NCBI GenBank assembly: GCA_963718045.1
Contig: OY970350.1
Span: 330,001 to 362,000 of the forward strand
Length of the DNA: 32,000 bases
Source of the DNA: Candidatus Saccharimonadota bacterium
GTDB taxonomy: Bacteria; Patescibacteriota; Saccharimonadia; Saccharimonadales; UBA4665
Direction: 5' to 3'
Made by a program: the position numbers and the translations under genes. The notes under the pieces were generated by a model. That model saw only the letters and a program-made list of their open reading frames with translations, searched no databases and was not told the DNA's origin. Shown one piece after another: positions 19,001 to 25,112 of the stretch; position 1 is the stretch's first letter, and each line of letters starts with the position of its first letter.

Positions 19001-19340
19001 GCTGACCGATTAGGGCTTGTTCATTCACTGGCAGTTTGTAGCTGGCAGTAATTAAGCTGCGCATATAAAATACCGAGCCGATTGCCAAAACAAACACTGC
19101 CAGTATTACGATGCCAAAACAAGCCCACTTAATCCGGCGTTTCCCAAGACGGTTAATAGTAAGCCTTAACTTGTGTTTGATTATTCTAAATGGCAGTTTA
19201 AGCCTTTTAGTGAACGGGTTAACAATATAAGTAGCAGTCTGAAGAAACGGCTTAAGAATTCTACTAATTAAACCACTTACTGGATTAGATGGAGTCTGAG
19301 CCTTCTTTTTTTTAGCTGTTGTTATTATTTTATCTCTCAT
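13008..19340 (-). CDS. Giant (2110 aa) N-terminally membrane-anchored repeat protein with ~25 Kelch-like beta-propeller blades; putative surface protein
   Basis: A single uninterrupted ORF. It starts with a basic N-tail and one hydrophobic helix (IKWACFGIVILAVFVLAIGSVFYM). Repeated ~60-75-aa units end in YNGY[IVL]Y[EV][IML]GG, and many contain CAGTITGDWCASTST.NGSLP. Confidence 0.9.
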   Translation of the reverse strand: MRDKIITTAKKKKAQTPSNPVSGLISRILKPFLQTATYIVNPFTKRLKLPFRIIKHKLRLTINRLGKRRIKWACFGIVILAVFVLAIGSVFYMRSLITASYKLPVNEQALIGQPDKSLLSQFTYDAKSKTYFLSKSAINSSGSALPSRDSVTVGGSSKDKAKFSLKLPINSHLGVTTYDDTSGLSFTMIPLFSTLPGKQISGHTVYPMGLNGSKAVYTVKTNGVQEDIIYASAPRGTVKLQYKLKLPSTLQARMMSGGNLGIYSASPALFGNISYGSPTDEQKVLEARQKSVKDNLVFVLPAPQIITTDGQMSVNSTQHIKLTLTGDIVTVTASGLGDIFGPISIDPSVIVASASNFMINGNNEGDITFNSTNNQIIEAGLTGGNLTGPTCTGTLAYAWCYSSSAATGSLPTANYMSTSAMYNGYIYELGGYDNGAVVDYAAINSSTGTLVTPSACAGTITGDWCASTSTTNGSLPASTYGATSVAYSGYVYVIGGSSTAVVNYAAVSSSTGALAAPSACAGTITGDWCASTSTANGSLPATNAYSAAVINNNYVYEISGSSTGVVDYAALSSSTGALAAPSTCAGTITGDWCASTSTSNGSLSAAVSEASSVFYNGYDYVMGGYSGGNSAVVEYTAFNSSTGALSAPGTCAGTITGDWCASTSTTNGSLPTTDIWGTSVVYSGYVYEISGGLGTEVDYAALNSNGTLAAPTFCYGIITGDWCTSASSQGASVYYGSLTNGLGSATSVIYNSYVYEMGGSVQGPGTPTAVVSYAAINPSTGALIDAGIAPWNATDELPYNDIAAASVAYNSYVYEIGGDNSTGPLATVSYAAINPSTGALAAPTFCYGTITGNWCASTSTSNGNLPTATDVLTAVVYNGYVYAIGGSSSAVDYAAINSSTGAISSWTATGSLPVATSSSASVAYNGYIYEIGGYSGGATAVVDYTAITGSGALAAPGTCAGTITGDWCASTSTATGNLPTATYYASAGVYNGYVYEIFGSGAVDYAALNSSTGALVAPATCPGGTITGDWCALTGSLGNSVENSASIVISNGYIYVIGGYTTAASITALVYYTAISSDGSIGYWTASDSLPAATDSATAVAYNGYIYEIGGEQQIGSYNNCVIYAQIAGAGTVGSWTTNTNGLPTATYYASSAVYNNYIYEIGGNNSAANVTTVNYAAISASGAIGSWGTTGALPVALDYSTSVVYASNGNYGYVYVIGGNSSSITPIVEYAGINPTGGTLIAPGGCPGGTTGDWCASTSTANGSLPAATSSANSVIYNNYIYVIGGETTGNVPLAIVDYTTINPSNGALTAPGTCAGTITGDWCASTSTANGSLPAATSSANSVIYNNYIYVIGGETTGNVPLAIVDYTTINPSNGALTAPGTCAGTITGDWCASTSTANGSLPAATSSANSVIYNNYIYVIGGETTGNVPLAIVDYTTINPSNGALTAPGTCAGTITGDWCASTSTASGNLPSYDFYATAVVYNGYIYEIGGETASAGDPTPAVDYSVISSTGALTPPGGCPVYLSGDWCVSTSTANGSIPATGIWGSTSQVYNGYVYELGGAISTVTSYVYYAPINNGIQGTITTVTASSSAATGSLPVVTNYTTSVAYNGYIYEMGGYTTGTATAVVSYAVITAGGALAAPTTCAGTITGDWCASTSTSNGSLPINNYTASSAVYNGYIYVLGGVVSGGSTITAVVEWAAINSNGSLSATGTCPGTITGDWCASTSTATGNLPSTTNYATSLAYNGYLYEIGGAPATSGGFTAAVDYAAINSNGSLAAPATCAGTITGDWCGSTSTATGNLPAATEQATSIAYNGNIYVLGGEVGSAPSAAVYYAAIGSNGSFGSWTATTSLQFGTMAATSVAYNGYLYEIGGYLTGGAISPYIYYASINNSGAIGPWTITNGLASGTWQSSAVVYNGYLYEIGGTIGSATITAVVDYAGLLSIPRVGFYSRLIDFTGITNDDPNPTEIVTNGGDCSSGVCNSNSTNPGLGGISGPGGIIIKYRFASNACTKFNGLTTLPTGLSFLGVKKPLVFTTDGCSNTTNIGRYMWISYVLDDSQTATYPDQSGNHTSIADFTVYYHPATNYRLRGGATFSNGSLQSLDAPP
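14941..15561 (-). repeat. Three perfect in-frame 207-bp tandem repeats inside the giant gene
   Basis: Units at 14941, 15148 and 15355 are identical by direct comparison. Each encodes the 69-aa unit GTCAGTITGDWCASTSTANGSLPAATSSANSVIYNNYIYVIGGETTGNVPLAIVDYTTINPSNGALTAP. Confidence 0.95.
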
Positions 19341-19443
19341 TTTCCTATCTATTTTACATTAATAAGCGCTAGTGTTCGACATAACAATAGTACCCACATC
19401 AGTCGTGCCGCTGGTTGGCGCCGTAATTACGCTTATTCCGGCA

Positions 19444-19574
19444 GTGCGGCACCATCTTTGACACTATGATGAATATTGTATACCAGATGTTAGGAGTTTT
19501 GAAGTAGTTTGTCAGATGTCAGGCATTGGGTTAGTATAAATGACTAGAATTACAAGTTAATTCTAACCTAGGGG
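19444..19574. repeat. Direct repeat copy B (131 bp), paired with 12771..12901
   Basis: See copy A. This copy ends 5 nt into tRNA-Trp. It begins with a relic of the kinase 5' end in which the ATG has become GTG. Confidence 0.9.
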
Positions 19575-19643
19575 TGTCCGTTAATGGTAAGCGGCGACTC
19601 TCCAAAAGTCGTGCTGTCGGTTCAAGTCCGGCCACCCCTGCCA
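19570..19643 (+). tRNA. trnW: tRNA-Trp (anticodon CCA), with the 3' CCA encoded
   Basis: Hand-folded cloverleaf: acceptor AGGGGTG/CACCCCT, D stem CGTT/AGCG, anticodon stem CGACT/AGTCG with loop CTCCAAA, and T arm GTCGG-TTCAAGT-CCGGC. Confidence 0.9.
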
Positions 19644-19756
19644 AAATATGACAATAAGTATTAATTAACTACTTTTGACGAATATTTGTTGATTTTTGCT
19701 GTGTGGTATACTTTTTACAGATTATATAAGCTTTAACGTAATTTGAGGGAGTTATT

Positions 19757-20248
19757 ATGCCGAAAAAAATAAATAGAACTTTAATTATAACTATCTGTTT
19801 AATTATTGTAGTTATAGTGGTACTAGCTGTTGTTTTAATAGTTAGGAACAACAATAAGAATTCAAATACACTTAGTGCTAGCCAGCAGACTGCAGCCAAG
19901 CAGTTAATTGACACCAATTGGCAGCAATTCTTTGCCGCTTCAACTTCACTACAGGGGCGGGAAAACCTTCTACAAAAAGGCGGCAGCTACAGCCAATACG
20001 TCCAGGCTGAGTTTTTCGGACTAGCTGCTCAAAAATCCAGAGCTGTTATTAATAGCGTCATTTTTGTGAATAAGACTAAAGCCAATGTTGTTTACACTGT
20101 TTATCTTAATAGCCGACCTCTTTTAAGCGACGAAAAGGGCCAGGCACTATTTATAGATAATTCATGGAAAGTCAGCGATGGTACGCTTTGTCACCTATTA
20201 AACTTTGGCGCTAATACACCGGCTGTCTGCAAGAACTTACCATATTGA
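19757..20248 (+). CDS. Hypothetical membrane-anchored or secreted small protein
   Basis: 163 aa. A GAGGGAG Shine-Dalgarno lies 6 nt upstream of the ATG. An N-terminal hydrophobic helix (LIITICLIIVVIVVLAVVLIV) is followed by a ~120-aa soluble domain. A TGGTATACT extended -10 lies at 19704..19712. Confidence 0.6.
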   Translation: MPKKINRTLIITICLIIVVIVVLAVVLIVRNNNKNSNTLSASQQTAAKQLIDTNWQQFFAASTSLQGRENLLQKGGSYSQYVQAEFFGLAAQKSRAVINSVIFVNKTKANVVYTVYLNSRPLLSDEKGQALFIDNSWKVSDGTLCHLLNFGANTPAVCKNLPY

Positions 20249-20286
20249 CGATATATTAGTAATCTAAAGAGCAAGAAGACTAAATA

Positions 20287-22650
20287 TTATCTGCCAAGTT
20301 TCTCTTCTGTTTTTTTAATGTCTATGGTTGTTTTCACTACCGTATCGGGTGCAAGCGAGATACTGTCTATTCCCTCTTCAACCAAGAAGCGGGCAAATTC
20401 AGGGTAATCTGACGGCGCTTGGCCGCAAATTCCAATATGCACCTTCTTTTGTTTGCTGACTTTTATGACTCTCCTAATGAGTTCCTTCACGGCCTCGTTG
20501 TTTTCATCATATACATGAGCGACAGTCTGGTTGTCCCTGTCAACACCGAGTGTTAACTGGGTTAAATCGTTTGACCCGATCGAGAATCCGTCAAACAGAT
20601 CAGCAAATTGTTCGGCCAGGATAACATTTGACGGAATTTCACACATCACATAAACTTCAAATCCATTTTCACCTCGTTTAAGTCCGCATTTTTCCATAAT
20701 TGCTATAACTTTATGGGCCTCATCTAAATTGCGGCAGAAAGGGATCATAGCTTTTATGTTAGTAATGCCGATTTCGTTGCGGGCTTTTTTAAGGGCCTGG
20801 CATTCAAGTTCAAATGCCCCGCGATATGCTTCACTGTAGTAGCGGCTTGCGCCCCGCCAGCCAAGCATCGGGTTATCTTCAATCGGCTCAAACTGCTTGC
20901 CGCCAATAAGATTGGCATATTCATTTGTTTTAAAATCGCTGAATCTAATTATGACGTCATTGGGGTAAAAAGCGGCGCCAATTATGCCGACACCTTCGGC
21001 TAATTTGTCGACAAAATATTGTGATTTATTGGTATATCCGCGGGTCAGGTCATTAATTAGCACCCGTGTTTTTTTATCTGTAATTTTGTCAAAATGCAGC
21101 AGTGCTAGGGGGTGAATCTTAATGTGAGAATCAATAATGAATTCTTCCCTGGCTAGGCCGACGCCGTCATTTGGAATCAATGAATACTCAAAGGCAAGGT
21201 CCGGGGAACCTATATTCATCATTATTTTCGTTTTTGGCCGCTGGAGGTTTTTTATATCAGTCTTATCAACCTTAAATTTCAAAATGCCTTCGTATACCAG
21301 TCCTTCATCGCCGCCGGCGCAACTTACTGTAATAGAGCTGCCGTTGGCTATTTTCTGGGTGGCATTTCCTGTACCGACAACACAGGGTATTCCAAGCTCC
21401 CTCGAGACGATTGCGGCGTGGCACGTTCGTCCGCCTTTATCGGTAACGATGGCGCTTGACTGTTTCATTATGGGCACCCAATCTGGATCGGTCATCTCTG
21501 TTACGAGAACATCCCCATCTTTAAATAAGCCAATGTCTTTAACGTCCATAATTTTACAAACTTTGCCGGATCCAATCTTATCGCCAACACTAGTTCCTTT
21601 AGCGATGACCGTACCGCTTTCAAGCAGTTTGTATTCCTCGACAACGTTCAGATCTTTGCGTGATTCAACTGTCTCGGCTCTGGCCTGAACTATATAAAGT
21701 TTTTTGTCTTTGTCATCCAGGGCCCATTCTATATCCATTGGCTTGCCGTAGTGTTTTTCAACTTCCATGCCCCATTTGGCCATAGTTATAGCCTGCCCGT
21801 CAGAAATGGAATATTTAGCCTGATCAGATTTAGAAACAGAGATATTTTTAGTCCGGTTGCCAAAAGCAGTTATCATCCTAAGTTTTTTATTGCCGAGTTT
21901 TCTTTTAATGATAGTCATTGTTGGTTTGAAGACCGTAAACTCATCAGGATTTACCCGGCCTTGGACAATGTTTTCACCTAACCCATAAATTGAACTAACG
22001 ACAACTGCGTTTTTAAAGCCTGATTCGGTGTCAATAGTAAACATAACCCCTGCCGCCTTAGCGTTGACAGCTACCATTTGCTGAATGCCAACCGAAAGAG
22101 CAACCTTCATATGATCAAAGTGATTTTCTACACGGTAAACAATGGCCCGGTCTGTAAACAAAGATGCAATACATTTCCTGACTGCTGATAGTACGGCTTT
22201 CTCACCTTTTATATTTAGAAATGATTCTTGCTGTCCGGCAAAAGAAGCATTCGGTAAATCCTCAGCTGTTGCCGACGAACGTATAGCAACTACTAAATTA
22301 CGGCCACCACATATTTTGCTTAACTCCCGGTAGCCCTCAATTATTTCTTCTTCAAAATCTTTTGGCAGTTTTGAGTGAATTATTAGGGAGCGGATTTTTA
22401 CGCCGGCTTTTTCAAGCTCCTTAATGTTGGTTACGTCAAGGCCTTTAAAATTTTCAATTATTGCGTTTCTAATACCGGCATGTTCAATAAAGTAGTAATA
22501 ACTTTTGGAAGTGGTGGCAAATCCATTCGGCAAATTAATACCTTTAGGGGCTAATTTTTGGTACATTTCTCCCAGTGAAGCATTTTTCCCTCCGACCTCG
22601 GGAACGTCAGATAGAGAAATATCTTTGAAAAATTTTATATATTTGTACAT
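20287..22650 (-). CDS. ppsA: Phosphoenolpyruvate synthase (pyruvate, water dikinase)
   Basis: 787 aa. The N-terminal VPEVGGKNASLGEM, the phosphohistidine motif GGRTCHAAIVSRELGIPCVVG, and the C-terminal PEP-utilising domain (SIGSNDLTQL) all match PpsA. Confidence 0.93.
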   Translation of the reverse strand: MYKYIKFFKDISLSDVPEVGGKNASLGEMYQKLAPKGINLPNGFATTSKSYYYFIEHAGIRNAIIENFKGLDVTNIKELEKAGVKIRSLIIHSKLPKDFEEEIIEGYRELSKICGGRNLVVAIRSSATAEDLPNASFAGQQESFLNIKGEKAVLSAVRKCIASLFTDRAIVYRVENHFDHMKVALSVGIQQMVAVNAKAAGVMFTIDTESGFKNAVVVSSIYGLGENIVQGRVNPDEFTVFKPTMTIIKRKLGNKKLRMITAFGNRTKNISVSKSDQAKYSISDGQAITMAKWGMEVEKHYGKPMDIEWALDDKDKKLYIVQARAETVESRKDLNVVEEYKLLESGTVIAKGTSVGDKIGSGKVCKIMDVKDIGLFKDGDVLVTEMTDPDWVPIMKQSSAIVTDKGGRTCHAAIVSRELGIPCVVGTGNATQKIANGSSITVSCAGGDEGLVYEGILKFKVDKTDIKNLQRPKTKIMMNIGSPDLAFEYSLIPNDGVGLAREEFIIDSHIKIHPLALLHFDKITDKKTRVLINDLTRGYTNKSQYFVDKLAEGVGIIGAAFYPNDVIIRFSDFKTNEYANLIGGKQFEPIEDNPMLGWRGASRYYSEAYRGAFELECQALKKARNEIGITNIKAMIPFCRNLDEAHKVIAIMEKCGLKRGENGFEVYVMCEIPSNVILAEQFADLFDGFSIGSNDLTQLTLGVDRDNQTVAHVYDENNEAVKELIRRVIKVSKQKKVHIGICGQAPSDYPEFARFLVEEGIDSISLAPDTVVKTTIDIKKTEEKLGR

Positions 22651-22782
22651 TTTTTGTCCGTTTTTTAGTTAATTATTCAGGCCATATTATATCAGGTTTT
22701 TAGGAGCATAAGCATATTAATTTCCAGATATTCTATAACGGATAAAATATTAATAATCGGCCAAATTAAATGAAATCCAGGG

Positions 22783-22791
22783 TGGTATAAT
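22783..22791 (+). promoter_or_regulatory. Extended -10 promoter element (TGGTATAAT) for the adk-like gene
   Basis: TGnTATAAT is matched exactly and ends 8 nt before the ATG at 22800. There is no Shine-Dalgarno in between. Confidence 0.4.
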
Positions 22792-22799
22792 TGGCTTTA

Positions 22800-23453
22800 A
22801 TGGAAGAAGAAATAAAAACCATTTCTAAGTGGCTTGGTGCTGGTTCTATTGATATTTTCGGCTGTCCCTTTTCGGGGAAAGACACCCAGGGAGAAGTTTT
22901 AGCCAAGTTATTTGGCGGTGAAATGATATCCGGCGGAGATATACTGCGGAGCCATAAAGAACCAGCCAAAATTGATCAGGTTCTAGGCAGCGGCGGTCTT
23001 GTCCCGTCCGATTTTTACCTGGACTTAGTTTTACCCTACTTATCGCAAAGAAAGTACAGCGGCAAACCGTTAATATTAAGCGCGGTTGGCCGGTCTCATG
23101 GTGAAGAGCCGCAAGTTATTAAAGCGGCCGCTGATTCAGGGCATCCCATTAAGGCAGTAATACTCCTTGATTTAACTGAACAAGAGGTCTGGCGGCGGTT
23201 TGAAGAGTCTAAAGTTGAAGGCGACAGAGGCAAGCGGGCCGATGATAAGCGGGCCATAATTGAAAACAGGCTAAAGAAATATAATACAAGAACGGTGCCG
23301 GTTATCGATTACTACCGCAGTGCTGGTTTACTAATTGAAGTCAATGGAACATTGCCGCGCGAAGAAGTGACTGATGAAATCCTAAAAGGATTGGTTAATA
23401 AATCAAAAAACTTAGGCATTAGTCGGGGTGACGTCAATCTTGCTAACCGTTGA
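22800..23453 (+). CDS. adk: Adenylate kinase family (nucleoside monophosphate kinase), divergent
   Basis: FGCPFSGKDTQGEVLAKLFGGEMISGGDILR, GGLVPSD and RADDKRAIIENRLKKYNTRTVPVIDYY align with Adk motifs. It has the short-LID form. The ATG at 22800 is preferred over the ORF-track TTG at 22791. Confidence 0.72.
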   Translation: MEEEIKTISKWLGAGSIDIFGCPFSGKDTQGEVLAKLFGGEMISGGDILRSHKEPAKIDQVLGSGGLVPSDFYLDLVLPYLSQRKYSGKPLILSAVGRSHGEEPQVIKAAADSGHPIKAVILLDLTEQEVWRRFEESKVEGDRGKRADDKRAIIENRLKKYNTRTVPVIDYYRSAGLLIEVNGTLPREEVTDEILKGLVNKSKNLGISRGDVNLANR

Positions 23454-25070
23454 TCCGGCCGATAATCCATCAGTGTTTATTTCGTAGGTAATTATCTGTT
23501 CAAAAGGCATTTCAAAACTGGCGATATCTTCGTCACTAATAGATTCTAGGTATTTCGTAAGGGCCCTTAAACTGTTCCCGCTGGCGACAATTAGAATATT
23601 GTTGCCATTTTGAAGCTCAGGCAGTATGGTCTGTTTATAGAACGGTAAAACGCGGTCATAGACATTTTTGAGCGTTTCACCTCTCGGGATAGGTTCATCC
23701 CACCCCCGCCTTATATTATTAAATGCATCTTCGCCGAGGGAGTTTTTTATATCCCATTTGTTCTTTCCGGTGTATTCGCCGTAGTCTCTTTCGTCCATTG
23801 CGGCCGATGTTTTAACTTCCACTCCAAGTATTTGGGCAGTATCAAGCATTGCCTCTAGTGTTTCACGGGTTCTGATTTGCTCCGAACAGTAAGCCTTATC
23901 TATATGAATATCGAGTTTTTTTAGAGCTTGGCCCAAAGCCCTAGAGTCATTAAATCCTTTATCGCTTAGGTGCACATCGGTTCGTCCCGTCCATTTACCT
24001 TGTGCATTCCATTCCGATTCGGCATGTCTGGCAATTATCAGCCTACCGGCTGGCTTCTTGTCAATTTTAACCTTGTTTGGCGTACTGCCGGACCAATAGT
24101 CAATAATATTTTTGGCGGTTATCTGGTTAATCCTTAGAATTGCCTCTTCCGTGTTAAAGGCATTGTGCGGGCTGACAATTACATTAGGCATTTTTTCTAG
24201 GACGGATATCTCAACACCATGATGAAGCAAGTCCTCGGGGATAGTATCGCTTCTTAAAAGCGCTGTTTCCTCATGGTAATTGAGCAGTACTTCACCTTCT
24301 ATGACATCAATACAAGCACCTCCCAATTGACCGTTGCAAAGCAGTTCGGTTAATGCTTCGGTGTCTACCAGTTCTCCCCTGGCAGTATTTATTAATATAG
24401 CGCCAGGTTTCATTTTGTTAAGTTTTTCCTGGTTCATAATATGGTGGGTGGACGGTAAATAAGGTAAGTGCAGCGAAACAATATCTGATTGAGCAAGCAG
24501 ATCGTCTAATTCAACATACTTAAAATTAAGCTTGTCTTGAAGTTCGGGTTTTTGAAAACTATCAAAGGCAACTGTATTCATCGAGAAACCACCGGCAATT
24601 TTAAGTGCTTTCTGACCAATATGCCCAGTGCCAACTACCCCGAAGGTTAATCCCTCAAGGTCATGACCCATTAATTCCTTAGATGAGAACTCAGTATTCC
24701 CGGCTTTAAGTACGGCTGGCAGCTTGCGTTTCAGGGCCAGCAGCAATGCGAAAGCATATTCGGCAACTGTATTTTCGCCGTATGTTGGGACGTAGACAAC
24801 TGTTATACCGTGTTCCTCCGCCGCAACCAGATCAATATTATTAAATCCGGTTGACCGGCAGGCGATTAATTTAAGTTTGGGCAGTGCTTCAATAACTTGT
24901 CGGTTAATTACACTCGTTATAAATACCGAGATTACCTCAGTATCCGGATTGCAGTTTGACAGTTCGCATTTATCTGCTACAAATTCCCAATGATGGTCGG
25001 TACTAGAAAGAGCAGCGCTCAGCTGTTCTTTATCTAGATCAGTGGCATCGTAGAAATATATCAAAGCCAT
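23412..25070 (-). CDS. Fusion protein: D-isomer-specific 2-hydroxyacid dehydrogenase (LdhA/SerA-like, N-terminal ~330 aa) plus 2,3-BPG-dependent phosphoglycerate mutase/histidine phosphatase (C-terminal ~215 aa)
   Basis: 552 aa. GVVGTGHIGQ (NAD-binding), NTARGELVD and SPHNAFNT mark the dehydrogenase. LIIARHAESEWNAQGKWTGRTDVHLSDKG marks the dPGM (RHGESEWN-type motif). Confidence 0.82.
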   Translation of the reverse strand: MALIYFYDATDLDKEQLSAALSSTDHHWEFVADKCELSNCNPDTEVISVFITSVINRQVIEALPKLKLIACRSTGFNNIDLVAAEEHGITVVYVPTYGENTVAEYAFALLLALKRKLPAVLKAGNTEFSSKELMGHDLEGLTFGVVGTGHIGQKALKIAGGFSMNTVAFDSFQKPELQDKLNFKYVELDDLLAQSDIVSLHLPYLPSTHHIMNQEKLNKMKPGAILINTARGELVDTEALTELLCNGQLGGACIDVIEGEVLLNYHEETALLRSDTIPEDLLHHGVEISVLEKMPNVIVSPHNAFNTEEAILRINQITAKNIIDYWSGSTPNKVKIDKKPAGRLIIARHAESEWNAQGKWTGRTDVHLSDKGFNDSRALGQALKKLDIHIDKAYCSEQIRTRETLEAMLDTAQILGVEVKTSAAMDERDYGEYTGKNKWDIKNSLGEDAFNNIRRGWDEPIPRGETLKNVYDRVLPFYKQTILPELQNGNNILIVASGNSLRALTKYLESISDEDIASFEMPFEQIITYEINTDGLSAGSTVSKIDVTPTNA

Positions 25071-25112
25071 ATCAGTGTTTATTATACATAAGAATTATGA
25101 GAACATTAACAT

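Noticed and set aside
12771-19574. The repeat-flanked 6.7-kb segment considered as a classical mobile element (IS, transposon, integrative island).
   Set aside because: There is no transposase, integrase or recombinase ORF. I saw no terminal inverted repeats, and 131 bp is far too long for a target-site duplication. I kept it as a finding (cassette-like insertion or duplication) but did not annotate it as a mobile_element.
19669-19917. An 82-aa minus-strand ORF upstream of and overlapping the 163-aa gene.
   Set aside because: It overlaps the + strand ORF, which has a strong GAGGGAG Shine-Dalgarno and an extended -10. Its hydrophobic translation is the mirror of the + strand TM-helix codons.
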